44,141 nucleotides of DNA from an uncultured Acidobacteriota bacterium (GTDB lineage Bacteria; Acidobacteriota; UBA6911; RPQK01; JAPXNP01). The DNA lies in the NCBI GenBank assembly GCA_963777605.1, contig CAVZRV010000025.1:1-44141 (forward strand). Reading direction: 5' to 3'. A program made the translations under genes and the position numbers. The notes beneath the pieces are model-generated. The model was not told the origin of the DNA. It made no database searches and saw nothing but the letters and a program-made list of their open reading frames with translations. This document shows positions 1-12,097 of this stretch, one piece after another (position 1 is the first letter of the stretch; every line of letters begins with the position of its first letter).

Positions 1-155
1 CGGCGACATGGCATGGCGGTTGCCCCGCCCCCCAAGAGTCCGGGGCGACTTCGTTTCAGCCTAGAGCTTACCCTGGGTCTTGGGTCCCGGCACGGTGATC
101 GCGGCCTTCTGTAAGGTCCCGCCGGATTGCTTTCGACAGCAATGCCGGCGGCGAT

Positions 156-385
156 TTGGACATCGATGTGGCCAGTCCAAAGTCTGGAGTCCCCAGAAAG
201 ATGACGATGGACGCCGCGGCAGATGCCATGCCCACCTGGTCCAGGTATGGCCGCTGGATCTATTTCAACTCAAACCGTACCGGGAAGCACCAACTACCGT
301 TTCACCCATTGGACCTGAATTCGTATATGGCGTGGGTTATGCCGCTGATAACGCGGACATCATGCTGGTGGAGAATTTCCGGTAG
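156..385 (+). pseudogene. Remnant C-terminus of a TolB-like (PD40) beta-propeller receptor, internally deleted
   Basis: Frame 156 reads DAMPTWSRYGRWIYFNSNRTG (PD40 repeat). Frame 80 ends DIMLVENFR, as do the receptors ending at 11964 and 28127 ([10 protein letters not shown]). The intervening blades are missing. Confidence 0.7.
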
Positions 386-480
386 AGACCAACGCCTGGG
401 ACCGTCTGCATCTTGAGTGTGACTTGGGGGAATTCCCTCCCCGCCCCGAGTAGTAACGTTTCATCAGACTCCTGAAGCGG
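359..480 (+). repeat. Diverged direct repeat of 28101-28222 (propeller 3' end plus start of a methyltransferase remnant)
   Basis: atcatgctggtggagaatttccg(g/a)tagagaccaacgcctggga(c/t)cg(t/a)ctgcatcttgagtgtgac is shared by both copies. This copy has in-frame stops (gagtagtaa). Confidence 0.85.
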
Positions 481-676
481 CCGTGGTGCAGAGGTTGGCG
501 CTTGGCGAAACCTTCCGCGGAATTCTCACCGCCCGTCTCCTCTGGGATGAAGTCGGGCGGTGATGCCCAGGTTAAGGGAAGCCTGGGCATCCAGACACTG
601 AAGCTGGCGGCAATCCAGTCCGGCCTCCAGGCCGTTCCTCTCAGCCGGGACGAATAGCCTTAATCCTGGCGGGTCT

Positions 677-1814
677 TCAGGGCGCCGGCTTGGCGCTTGT
701 CTCCACCCAATTCACAAGATCGGTGAAGGCTCCGAGCCACTCGGCCTCGGTAAATGCGCAATGTCCGAAGGTCTCACTAGTCCGCTGCAGAAGCAGGTCG
801 GACGCGTCCCGGCTCCGCAACCAGATCCGCATAGATCGCCTCATGAGAAAGCGGTACGATGGGATCTCTCTCACCGTGGAGCGTTATCAGGGGGATGGCC
901 AGATTCCCGGTTGGCTCGAAGTAGTGTGTCATGTATCGTTCGGCAGGTCGAGAGACGGGTCCGCAACGCTCCACCCCCTCATTCAGAGCGATGTCATCTG
1001 AGGATCCGGTGTAGACCGTGTCCAGATTGTCATAGAAATCGTGGTCGTGAACCCGCTTTGGAAAGTCCACCGCCCAAAAGGTGTAGGAGGCGAGTTTGCC
1101 GATCATGGCGCCCGGCAGTTCCGACACGGGGTTCAGGATTTCCACTTCCATTTGGTCCACCGACAACAGTTCCAGCGCCCGAGCGGTATCCGACATGGCG
1201 GCAAATCCCAGCGGAAGAATATCCCCTGCGAAGGTCGTTCCTTCCGGTAGGGAGGTGACTTCACCGGGAAGCAGGCCCGGGTAGAAGTAGTCGAAGAGGA
1301 CGCGAAAGTCGAAGAATTGCTTCATGGCATGGGCCGTGCCGCCGATGATTCCGCACATGACGAGTGCCCCATCGTACTGATGCGGATAGTCCTCGATGAG
1401 CGGGATGACGATGCCACCACCCATTGACATTCCCATCAAATAGGAACGGCGTGGGTTTCCGAAGTAGGACTTGAACAGACCGCGAAGCTGGTGGGTCTGT
1501 TGGGCTCCCCGCTTGAGTGCGACTCCGTTCTCGGAAAAGCTGGAGAGCGCGAAAGCGAACCCCCTCTCCAGGAGTGGTTCTCTGAACCCGGCGATGTAAC
1601 CCGGATCGAGTTCAATTGGGGCGCTGGGATCCGCCATTCCATGGACGAAATAGACTACGTCGCCGTTCCAGTTCTCGGGCACGTAAAATCCGTAGAGGGC
1701 GCCGGGCCCGATCTCTCCTTCAACCACAGTGACTTCGGCAAACAGACCGGCTCCGGACAGGGCCAGGACCGATGTCAAAACCAGAATTTGCCACAATGCT
1801 CTTGCTACACGCAT
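677..1814 (-). CDS. Secreted alpha/beta hydrolase; frameshift near ~810
   Basis: ATG 1814 follows a GAAGGGAG RBS. Signal peptide MRVARALWQILVLTSVLALSGAGLFA, nucleophile G-M-S-M-G-G, Asp in RDPIVP. The His (FGHC) lies in ORF 677-874, in another frame. Confidence 0.8.
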
Positions 1815-1889
1815 GTTTTCTCCCTTCTCTTCGTTAGACAGGAACCCAGGCTTGCTCAAGCCTGATAGGGGCAGGAAAACCCCTTGACG

Positions 1890-1933
1890 CTGAAAAAGTC
1901 CTGAGAAACTTCGGAATTTCTTCTGAATTAGTG
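1890..1933. promoter_or_regulatory. Four 11-bp-phased imperfect direct repeats, candidate OmpR/PhoB-type wHTH operator
   Basis: ctgaaaaagtc/ctgagaaactt/cggaatttctt/ctgaattagtg start at 1890, 1901, 1912 and 1923, between the hydrolase and the divergent wHTH gene. Confidence 0.5.
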
Positions 1934-1961
1934 ATTCGAGGCTGCTAGTCTCCCGAGTCAC

Positions 1962-1989
1962 AAATTGGCATGCACCTGCGTGCCAATTT
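1962..1989. repeat. 28-bp near-perfect inverted repeat in the divergent intergenic region
   Basis: AAATTGGCATGCA-CC-TGCGTGCCAATTT. Confidence 0.7.
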
Positions 1990-2080
1990 ATGACTCAGGG
2001 CACTTGTCGAACCAGGAACCCGGAGACCGGGAATCAGTCAGGTGCTGCGCCGAAAGGGTTGCTTGGGTGACGTAACGTCA

Positions 2081-2109
2081 TTGCCCGCCTGTAGTTGTGG
2101 TGCTAGACT
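2081..2109 (+). promoter_or_regulatory. sigma70-like promoter of the wHTH receptor
   Basis: TTGCCC-N17-TAGACT with TGn extended -10, 33 bp upstream of ATG 2143. Confidence 0.5.
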
Positions 2110-2142
2110 CAACCGAAAGAGCCCACAGGAGACACTAGGGAG

Positions 2143-4588
2143 ATGCGAGGCGCATTTTATCTGGGTGAGTGGTTCGTCCACCCGGATGACGGGACGGTCA
2201 CCAGGGCAGGTGAGGAGCATCAGCTCGATCCCAAAGTCACTGAAGTTCTTCTGTATCTAACCGACCACCCAGGGGAAGTCCTGCCAAGGGAACGCCTGAT
2301 CCAAGCTGTCTGGTGGGATGCCGCGGTCACGGATGACGTTTTGACTCACGCGATCTCCGAGTTGCGGAAGGCGATTGAAGACGATCCGAAGCATCCCCGC
2401 TATATCGAGACCCTCCCCCGTCGGGGGTATCGGTTGATGGTGCCAGCCCGTTTCCCTGGCGAGCATTTTGGCGAGAATTCGGTGGCAGAGAATCAGAGGG
2501 AAGTGCTGCTTGGACCGGGGCCGGATCGACTGGACCGGAGGGCGGGTGAAGAGAGAAACCGGAAAGCCAACAGGCCTGTGCAGGATTGCCCGGCCAGAAT
2601 CATAGACTTCGGCTTGGCGAATCGAACAATGCTGGCCAGAGACGCGGACCAGCGAGACGAGAGCCTCCACGAACTTCTGCCGAAACCAGACGAGGGCCGT
2701 GAGAATCCGGGCCCCCAGCTGGCTGGGACTTCCGGACCCGCAGGGGGTACCCAGTCCCGCTCTAGAAGCAGCCAATTCTGGGCATTGATTCTCTTGTTGC
2801 TGGCCTGCGGCGTAGCAGTCGTGTTTTTGGTCTTCTGGCTGCCATTCGCTCAAAAACAACATTTCAGCGTCAGAGTGCCGGGTGTTGTCCCTTTGACGAG
2901 TCTTCCCGGGCACGAGGAGTATCCCTCGTTATCTCCCGATGGAACTCAAATCGCCTTTATCTGGCGTCGGAAGTCGGCTTCGGATGCTGGGCATGTCTGC
3001 GTTCAGTTAGTGAACGCTGGAGAGCCTCTTATTCTGACGCCCGAAGAAGGAGTCTATTCCTACCCGGCTTGGAGCCCTGATGGAACCCAGGTGATTTTTT
3101 CGAAACGAACGCTCGACGGCCATGAGGTAGTTGCCATTCCTGTCCTTGGGGGGCCGGAACGCCTCCTTGTGAGGTCAAAAGCTCCACCATTTGGGATCGA
3201 CTATTCGCCGGACGGCAGCACAATCGCCTATGTCGATCGTCCTTCTCAAGCTGATCAGCCCAGCATTTACCTTCTTTCGCCGGAGTCGCTTGAGAAAGAA
3301 CGACTTTCAAACCCGAAACCTATCGGCGGCAGTAAGACTCTTGATGCTTTACCTCGATTCTCGCCGACGGGAGACCGGCTGGCCTTTCAACGAGTATTGG
3401 CTGGCACCGGCGGCGTCGGACCTATCATGATCAGTCGCCTCAGAGACGGAAAATGCTATGTCGCCTTACAGACGCTGTTTGCCAGTGATTTTGATTGGGG
3501 ACGGACCGGGAAGACCTTTGTCGTGAGCACGGGAGCGCCGGAAGGCTTCCTGGCAGAAATGCCGATTGGCCGATATGAAGATGCAGAAGGGGAGAAGCGA
3601 GGATACCCTTCGGATAATGCGGGAGCAACTCAAACAGAATCGCCTGCCCTTCGGAAGTGGGGCTCAAGCAGTTTCAATCGAGGGCGGCCGACTCGTCTTT
3701 TCCCAGCACCTGTTAGACACAAACATCTGGCGAATCCCGGGACCAACTGCTTCCGCAGATGCTGGAGAAGAAGTCATCATTAACTCAAGTCGACAGGATA
3801 TTGCTTATGACTATTCGCCGGACGGCTCAATGATCGTCTTTACTTCAGATCGCTCTGGTGGACCCCTTTCAACATGGGTCTGCAATTCCGATGGAGACAA
3901 TCCTCGTGAGCTGAAGAACGTAACAGCGCTCTGGCCGCAGTTTACTCCCGAGGGAAATCTCTTTTTTAACGATCACAGCGGACGGATTTATACACAGGAC
4001 ATTCGTGGGGGGCCTGTTGAAAGGCTGACTTTCGGCGACTTCAAGCAGTGGTTGCCGACCTGGTCCCATGATGCACGGGCCCTGGTTTTCGATTCTGATC
4101 ACGCTGACGGCATTCGCCAGATATGCAGAATGGACCTGGATACGGGTGAACTACGACAGCTTACAAGGTCGTCCGGTACGAAGTTTCGCCCAATCGAGTC
4201 GAACGGCTATGTCTACTTCTACAAGCCTGGAACAAATGCATCGTTTGCCGGCATTCGAACGGCGTCAAGGGTTCAATCTATTTTCAGAGTTCCTTCTGGT
4301 GGAGGAGAAGAGGAACTCGTAGTCGATCGTATTCCTTATCATTACTGGGATATTTGGGAAGACAATCTCATTTATGTTCGGTTTACCGAGGAAGACGAAA
4401 TCGTCATCGAAATGATGAATCCGGCAACCGGCGCCAAGCATCTACTCCGGAAGTTGAGCCCTGAGACGGAACTGCCCCATGAACTGGTTCCCTATATGCC
4501 CGTGAGTCCCGACGGCCGGTGGATTCTTTTAACGAAGAACGACCTCAGCGGATCTGATTTGATGATGGTCGATTTTGCATCTGATTGA
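2143..4588 (+). CDS. CadC-like wHTH (Trans_reg_C) - TM - TolB-like PD40 beta-propeller receptor; frameshift ~3545-3570
   Basis: N-terminal LDPKVTEVLLYL...LTHAISELRKAIEDDPKHPRYIETLPRRGYRL, TM FWALILLLLACGVAVVFLVFWLP, repeated P.(W/L/Y)SPDG motifs. Continues in ORF 3566-4588, ending SDLMMVDF. Confidence 0.85.
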
Positions 4589-4711
4589 AGACGGTCCCCA
4601 ATCTCCCGATCAGGGGTTGATGTCCGGGCCATGGGTATTCAATGTCTGGATAGGACGTTCATCGTGACAACCTTGCTGAAAACTGTTTGAGGGCAATTTC
4701 GTATATGAGGT

Positions 4712-6013
4712 TTAGTGTCCAGGCTGTCCCTGGAAGTAAATCGAGATATCCGGCCAGTCCTGATCGATAGCGTTGGGGTTCTTCTTCTCGGTCACGAAGA
4801 ACTGGATGTTGGGTTCGTTCTTGATTGCCCAGCCGGGAGTCAACATGTTCTGATAGCCGGCTTCGCCCGCCAGTTGTGTCTTTAGAAAGGCGAGCATGTA
4901 TCGCTTGATGATCGGGTTGGCGACCGAATACGGAATGAACGGCGCACAAAAAGACTGGTTGAAGAACTCTACGAATCCGGGGTCCATGAGACCCAGATCC
5001 CTCAGAATCGGGTGGACGACGCAACGGTCACTGAAGGTGATGTGGTGGCTGTTGTTGACATCGACCCGATAGGAGGGATGGCCCTGAATTGCCGCGTGTT
5101 GACGCGCCTGCCAGTCCGGTCCCGGACTTTGGGTAACGGCCAGGGTCGCCCAGTCCCGGCCCATCGCCAGGGCGGGAACCGTGATTCTCGCCATTTCGTC
5201 GAAATGGAGGACCTGGTTCGAACCTTCCAGCGTGATGATCGCTTTGATCCTCTCGTCCGGAACGGCGGGCACGCAGGACTCGTTGGTGGGGGGAATGCTC
5301 TGGTAAGGAAAGTTCAGCAGGTCGCAGACTTCGTCGTCACCCCCGGTCAGCGCCATCATTCCATAGCCCCCTAGCGACCAGCCGGCGCCCGCGATCTTGT
5401 CGGGCAGGAACAGGTTGGATAGAGGATCGGACGGGTCTTCATTCCTGATTTCCAGGTCGTCCAGGACGAATGGAATGTCGACTGTGCGGTTGAGAGCGGA
5501 CATCGACAGATGCTGCAGTGCGTCGGAAGGGGTTGCGCCGTCTCCGTAATGCGTCACCACGGCAACTGCGAATCCGTGGCTGGCAAGTCGCGTCCCGACG
5601 CTAATGTGGAACAGGTAGGAGGCGCCCAAGCCCGGTGAGAATACAACCAGGGGAAAGGGAGCATCCCGGGAGATCGGAACCTCCTGGTACGCCGGATCGA
5701 TGCCCACACTCTCGAATAGATGTGCCGGCAACAGCGTGACTGGAGATGCGTAGGGGTCGAAAGCGTAAAGAGCTTCCGGCGCTCCACTGACATCTGCAGG
5801 ATCGACCGGATACCAGACGGCAACCGGGATTGGTCGCCCGCCGAAGGAGCTGTCCTGATTCCGGGAACCATCCACAAGCAGGTACTCGTAGAAGCCAACC
5901 TGGTATGGTCCCATCTCGCCCAATTCTGCAATCTGGTCCGATGGCACTCCATAAACAGCTGGAACCGAAAGGATGAAAACAAGTGCAACCAGAAAACCAA
6001 AGACTCGTTTCAT
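4712..6013 (-). CDS. Secreted alpha/beta hydrolase (PAF-acetylhydrolase/chlorophyllase-like)
   Basis: ATG 6013 follows AAAGGGGAAG. Signal peptide MKRVFGFLVALVFILSVPAVYG, then GRPIPVAVWYP, FPLVVFSPG, nucleophile GWSLGG and HITFSD. Confidence 0.85.
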   Translation of the reverse strand: MKRVFGFLVALVFILSVPAVYGVPSDQIAELGEMGPYQVGFYEYLLVDGSRNQDSSFGGRPIPVAVWYPVDPADVSGAPEALYAFDPYASPVTLLPAHLFESVGIDPAYQEVPISRDAPFPLVVFSPGLGASYLFHISVGTRLASHGFAVAVVTHYGDGATPSDALQHLSMSALNRTVDIPFVLDDLEIRNEDPSDPLSNLFLPDKIAGAGWSLGGYGMMALTGGDDEVCDLLNFPYQSIPPTNESCVPAVPDERIKAIITLEGSNQVLHFDEMARITVPALAMGRDWATLAVTQSPGPDWQARQHAAIQGHPSYRVDVNNSHHITFSDRCVVHPILRDLGLMDPGFVEFFNQSFCAPFIPYSVANPIIKRYMLAFLKTQLAGEAGYQNMLTPGWAIKNEPNIQFFVTEKKNPNAIDQDWPDISIYFQGQPGH

Positions 6014-6321
6014 GTCAACTTCCCCTTTGCTTAGATTTCTCTTTCGATTACCGGTCCTCCTGGGCGGGTCTCCTGAGAATGACAGACAGCTTTGGGCTGA
6101 CTGTCCCGAGAAAACGGCAAGACAGGAAGGATCCGGACCGCCGGGCTGGGCTCCACTGAGACAGTCTGAAGCCCACCCGCGATATCTGGCCCTGCAGGAG
6201 TAGGCGGCGCCCGTGGTCGAAGCAAAGAAGTCATCGTGATCTCTCTCTACTGGCTGAGGCGCAGGAGGCGGAGATTTACTGTCATGAAAAATGGAGTTGA
6301 GGAAGGCATGGGGAACAGGGC

Positions 6322-6500
6322 CGGCGCGCCGGGCGGGTTTTCCATTGCGATCAATGTAGGCGGCGACTAAGATTGACCCACGAGCACTCAATCTCCCGGG
6401 AGGCGGACGTGGTCGAGCGGACGATCTCACACTACCGGATCGTCGAGAAGATCGGCGAAGGGGGGATGGGAGAGGTCTACCTGGCCGAGGATACCTCCCT
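6322..6500 (+). repeat. ~179-bp identical direct repeat (copy 1): promoter + RBS + kinase 5' end
   Basis: Identical by eye to 9233-9411, from cggcgcgccgggcgggtttt to gatacctccct. High similarity continues downstream. Confidence 0.9.
6345..6373 (+). promoter_or_regulatory. sigma70-like promoter of kinase receptor A
   Basis: TTGCGA-N17-TAAGAT, followed by GGGAGG RBS and GTG 6409. Confidence 0.6.
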
Positions 6501-9094
6501 GCCAGCGAAAAGTCGCACTGAAGTTTCTCCCCGAAAGCCTTCAGCGGGACACGATCGCCCGGAAGCGGTTCCTGCGGGAGGCCCAGTCGGCGGCGGACCC
6601 TGCGATCACCCTTTCATCTGCAACATCAAGGAGGTCGCTCAAACCGACGACGGCCAGGACTTCATCGTCATGGAGTACGTCGAGGGGCAGACGCTGAAGG
6701 AGCGGCTGGCCGAGGGGCCACTTCCACTGAAGCAGGCGCTGCAGGTGGGTGTCGAGGTTGCCGAGGCGCTGGAGGTCGCCCACCAGAAAGGGATCGTTCA
6801 CCGGGACCTGAAGCCCGCCAACATCATGATCACAGCCGCAGGGTCATGCCAAGATCATGGACTTCGGCCTGGCCAAGCGGATGATCACGGAGGAAGGGAA
6901 GGAAGAGGACCTGACCTCGGCCCTGACGCGGGAAGGTTCGACGCTGGGGACCCCGGCCTACATGTCTCCCGAGCAGATCCGGGCCCAACCGGTCGATCAC
7001 CGTTCGGACATCTTCTCCTTCGGGATCGTGCTCTACGAGATGCTGACCGGCGTCCACCCGTTCCGGAAGACCACCCAGAACGAGACCATCGGAGCCATTT
7101 TGCATGACGATCCGCCTCCGCTGGAAACCTACCGGGAGGACGTTCCCGAACTGATCCAGCACATCCTGAACCGAATGTTCGACAAGAGTCCGGAGCGGCG
7201 CTATCAGGACGCTCGCCAGATTCGGATCGACTTGGAGGAGGCTCTGGAAGCCCCGAATTCCCAGACCCGGCGGGCCGCCCTGTCCCAGCGCCGGAGGAGA
7301 GGAGTCTACTGGGCCGTGGCGGTGTTTCTGATCTTGTTGGGAGTTGCCGTTCCGCTGTACTGGCTTGGGCTCTTGGGTGTTGGTCCATCGGCTCAGACAG
7401 GTTTGGACTTCTCCAGCCCGCCTCGGCCACTGACGGCTCTGCCGGGTATTGAGAAGGATCCGGCGGTGTCCCCCGATGGAAATCACGTCGCGTTTGTCTG
7501 GAACGGCGGCGGAGACGGCTATTTTCATCTCTATTCCATGCAGATCGGGGGAGGAGAGCGGCTGCAACTGACTCACGCGAAAGCGGACGACCTGAGCCCG
7601 GTTTGGTCTCCAGGGGACAGCCGGATTGCGTTTCTGCGCTGGAGTGAAGGGCGACTCGAAATCTGGTGGGTCCCCTTCCCGACCGGACCGGAGAAGCTTT
7701 TCCACACTCTCCGCGGGTCCGACGAAGCGTCCCAGCCCGGCCTGGACTGGTCTCCGGACGGCCGATTCCTGGCAGTGGAAGATCAGTTGCCGGGCGGTAC
7801 GCGCCGTGCCGTCTATTTGCTCGACGTATCCAGTCACGAGGTAACTCAGGTAAGTTTCCCTCCGCCTGGTGCGGTGCCGGGAGACTCGCGTGCCGTCTTT
7901 TCGCCCGACGGCAGCGAGATTGCGTTCCTGCGCGAGTACCTGGGTTCCGTCTGCGACATCTATCTGCAATCAATCAGCGAGGGAAAGGCTGTCGGCAAAG
8001 CGCGAACCCTCATCTCTCGGGGTGCGAATGTTGAAGATCTGGCGTGGTCTCCGCTCGGCGACGAGGTCTTTTTCACAAGATTGGGCATACTCCAGAGAGT
8101 GCCACGCACTGGAGGAGACAGCACCGCGGTTGCTCCGGCTCAGGGTGCGGTGTCTCTGGCGATCGACCGGAAGAGAAACCGCCTGATCTATTCCGGAGTG
8201 CAGGAGGATTTCGACATTTGGCGAATGCCGGGGCCTGCGGCCGTCTCCCGGACAGAACCGGAACCCTTCATCCGGTCGACCCGAAACGAGGCCCATCCGC
8301 GCTATTCCCCGGACGGAATGTCCATTGCTTTCCACTCCAACCGGAGCGGTTCAACGAATATATGGCTGGCCGATTTCGACGGAACCAACCCGCGGCAACT
8401 CACATACCACCGGTGGGCCATCATCCCGCGCTGGGCTCCACGAGGGGACAGACTGGCCTTCCATAGCTTTTTCGGGGACTATGCGGAGCTCTTCTTGCTA
8501 GACCTGGACCGGGCCGAGCCGACACCGGTGACCGGCGTGAAGGCTAACCAGGGAGTCCCTGTCTGGTCACCTGACGGATCGTGGATCTATTTCAATCGGC
8601 AGCGGCGGTCCGAAGAGGCTGACGCTGAATGGCAGATCTGGAGGGTCAGGCCGAATGGAGAGGAACCCCAACGGTTGACTGAAAACGGAGTGTTCCCGTT
8701 CGGAGTTGACGAGGAATTTGTCTACTTTCTAAGGCCACTGGGAGATCCGAACTTCCCCTTGGAGGCCCAGGTCTGGAAGGCCCCGACAGAGGGAGGTGAA
8801 GCGAGTCTTGTCGTCGACGACGGCATGCTTCCAACCCGGTGCGACTTGTGGGAAGGGAAACTTGTGTACATCAACCGCCATGACCGAGTAGCTTTGCGCG
8901 TGCTCGACCTTGCAACCGGGCAGGCGACCACGACGGCTGTACTGGACGCCAGGTCATTTCCGATCGGTATTCGAGCGATATTCAGTGAAACTCTATGGGC
9001 CGGGATGAGTGTTTCGCCTGACGGAAAGTGGGTCCTCTACGGAAGGCCGGCGAGCATGGAAGCGGACCTAATGGTGATTGACTCGTCCCGGTAG
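6409..9094 (+). CDS. Receptor A: Hanks-type Ser/Thr kinase - TM - PD40 beta-propeller; frameshifts ~6500, ~6600, ~6835
   Basis: [55 protein letters not shown], then multiple SPDG repeats. Joined from ORFs 6373-7107 and 6857-9094. Confidence 0.85.
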
Positions 9095-9232
9095 CCGAGT
9101 CACTTGCCTCCGTTCGACCTGCCGGGTTTCAAATCGGAACCGTTCGGCTCCCTACTCCAAGTTTGCCCGCGGGTCTCACTTCGGCTTAGGCTTTTGAGCT
9201 CATCGAATGATTGAAGCAAAGGGAAACCGGGT

Positions 9233-9411
9233 CGGCGCGCCGGGCGGGTTTTCCATTGCGATCAATGTAGGCGGCGACTAAGATTGACCCACGAGCACTC
9301 AATCTCCCGGGAGGCGGACGTGGTCGAGCGGACGATCTCACACTACCGGATCGTCGAGAAGATCGGCGAAGGGGGGATGGGAGAGGTCTACCTGGCCGAG
9401 GATACCTCCCT
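9233..9411 (+). repeat. ~179-bp identical direct repeat (copy 2), including promoter TTGCGA-N17-TAAGAT at 9256-9284
   Basis: Identical by eye to 6322-6500. Confidence 0.9.
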
Positions 9412-11964
9412 CCAGCGAAAAGTCGCATTGAAGTTTCTCCCTGAAAGTCTTCAGCGGGACACGATCGCCCGGAAGCGTTTCCTGCGGGAACCCTGGAACA
9501 CCCCTTCATCTGCAACATCAAGGAGGTCGCTCAGACCGACGACGGCCAGGACTTCATCGTCATGGAGTATGTCGAAGGCGAGAGCCTTCAGGCGCGACTG
9601 GGACGGGGGCCGCTGCCGCTCAAGGAGACGCTTAAACTGGGAGCGGAACTGGCTGAGGCTCTGGAGTCGGCCCACGGCAAAGGGATCATTCACCGGGACC
9701 TGAAGCCGGCGAACGTCATGATCACCCCATCAGGCCATCCCAAGATCATGGACTTCGGGCTGGCCAAGAAGGTCGTTTCCGAAAACGGCCGGGAGCAGGA
9801 CATCAGTTCGGCACTGACGCGGGAAGGTTCGACCCTGGGGACCCCCGCCTACATGTCCCCCGAGCAGATCCGGGCCCAGCCGGTCGACCACCGTTCCGAC
9901 ATCTTCTCCTTCGGGATCGTGCTCTACGAGACGCTGACCGGCGTTCACCCGTTCCGAAAGAGCACCCAGAGCGAGACGACGGGGGCCATCCTCCACGAGG
10001 AACCTCATCTATTGGCAACCTATCTCAATGATGTTCCCGACCTGCTTCAGCACACCCTGCACAAAATGCTGGCCAAGAACCCGGACCAGCGGTATCAGAC
10101 CGTCCACGAGATCTGGACTAACCTGGAGGAGGTCCGGGAGAACTCTGGTCCCCAGCCTCTCGATGCGCAACGTGATGCGTACCGAGGCAGGCTGGGCATC
10201 AGGCTAGGTTTAGGGATTGCCGTGGTCGTACTCGGAATTGGCGTAATAGCGTTTTTTCTTGGCTGGATTCCCTGGGCCGGATCGAATCAACTCACTGCGT
10301 CGACCTTCAGAGCCGTTCCCGTTACATCCCTTCCCGGTGGGGAATGGAGGCCCGACTTTTCTCTAGGTGGGGACCGCATCGCGTTTCAATGGGCCGGACC
10401 GGATGCCGCGAATCCGAACAGCGATATCTGGGTGAAGCAGCTCCGGGGAGGCGAGCCACTGCGGCTCACTTTCGATCCAGCAATTGATCGCTACTCGCGC
10501 TGGTCTCCGGATGGGCAGGAAATTGCCTTCGCGCGTTGGCTCCCGGGCAAGATCGCTATCAAGACTGTCCCGTCGTTGGGAGGCCATGAAAGGCTCCTCG
10601 TTGAGGTCGCGCGGAACCAGCGATACGACCACGGCTTGACGGGTATTTCATGGGCTCCGGATGGCCGGACACTGGCGATCTCCTATCGACCGGGAGGCCA
10701 GCTCGAAGCCCGGGTCTTCCTCTTGAGCATCGATACAGCTGAAATCAGGCCGTTCAGTTCGCCGCCTGCTGGAAGTTATGGAGATTACTTCGCGCAGTTC
10801 TCTCCAGATGGCCGGACAATCGCCTTCTTTCGGCAGCAGGGCTACGCGGACTGGGACCTGTTTCTTCAATCGCTGGAAGCGACCGCACCGGAGCAGGTGA
10901 CTTCGGAGACCTTCCGAAATGCCGCGGGTCTTGCCTGGATGCCGAATGGCCGAGGGATTGTCTTCTCCGCTTCAGGTGCCGGGCCTGTGAGCCTCTGGCG
11001 AGTCGCTGTCCCCGGAAACAGGCCAATTCCATTGACGGACCAGGGAGCGTATTTGAGAAGGACGTTCCCGGCGTTTTCTCCTCGGGGGGACCGGCTAGCG
11101 TACACCGAAGTCGAACCCGGCAAAGCCGCCATCTGGCAATTCGTCAACCCACGAGTGAACGAGTCTTCAATCCAACCACACAGCCTGATCGCGTCGAGCC
11201 GATGGGACGGCAGAGCGGTACCTTCACCAGACGGGAAGCGGTTGCTCTTTGAATCAAACCGAACGGGCCCTTCTGAGATTTTTATATCGGAAGTCGACGG
11301 CTCTCAACAGAGACAGATTACATTCCTCAATGCCGACACCGGATCGCCGATGTGGTCGCCCGATGGCAGGCGGATTTGCTTCGATGCGCGAACTGGTGGA
11401 GTCGGAGACATTTTCGTCGTAGGCGATCAGGGTGGGGCTGTCCGCCAGTTGACGACAGACCCGGCGGAGGACGTCTCTCCCAGTTGGTCGTCGAACGGTC
11501 ATTGGATCTACTTCGCATCGAATCGAACGGGAAGACACGAAACCTGGAAGGTCCCCTCCGCTGGAGGCGAGGCAGTTCAAGTGACGCGGAACGGGGGATA
11601 CTACGCCCAGGAATCGTCTGACGGTTTTCTCCACTACACGAAGGCGATCGAGGGGAGTATCTGGAAATTGCCGTTAACAGGTGGCGAGGAAACTCTCGTA
11701 CTGGATCGAACGGTTCGGTGGGAGGACTGGGTCTTGACACCGGAGGGGATCTACTACGTGACCCGGAAGCAGGAGGGGACGGATTGGATCTGGGACTTCC
11801 GCTTCCTGACCCATCCGGATAGGGTGGACCAAGAGGTCTTCACCTGGAGAAGTAGTCACTCCGGCGACTGGCTCGCGGTGTCTCCGGATCAAAAATGGTT
11901 CTTCCCGACCGTGTTCGAGCCTTACAGAGGATCAGACATCATGCTGGTGGAGAATTTCCGCTAG
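9320..11964 (+). CDS. Receptor B: Ser/Thr kinase - TM - PD40 propeller; ~16-nt frameshifting deletion at ~9490 (possible pseudogene)
   Basis: GTG 9320 follows GGGAGG. Kinase motifs are split between ORFs 9284-9703 and 9562-11964. [26 protein letters not shown]; ends DIMLVENFR. Confidence 0.85.
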
Positions 11965-12097
11965 CTATGCTTGGGACCGGCGAGGTTCTTATCCGGCTCG
12001 GACAAGCTCAACCCCTGTCCCACTTCACGCTTCGGACCGGCAGGTTGCCGCCGAACCCAATCGCCGCCAGCGGCCGAAGCCGCCCGGGATTTTTCCC

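Noticed and set aside
1965-1986. Canonical sigma54 promoter
   Set aside because: Spacing is GG-N9-GC on both strands rather than the required N10; kept only as a palindrome.
6014-6430. N-terminal extensions in the ORF track for 4712-6430, 777-1961, 37188-37550, 37564-39846 and 31070-31909
   Set aside because: Internal starts have RBS and/or signal peptides, and the extensions run through intergenic repeats or other genes.
6830-7973. Long minus-strand ORFs (also 12562-13527, 33404-34336 and plus-strand 36523-37191)
   Set aside because: Antisense shadows of well-supported genes in GC-rich DNA, with no domain motifs.
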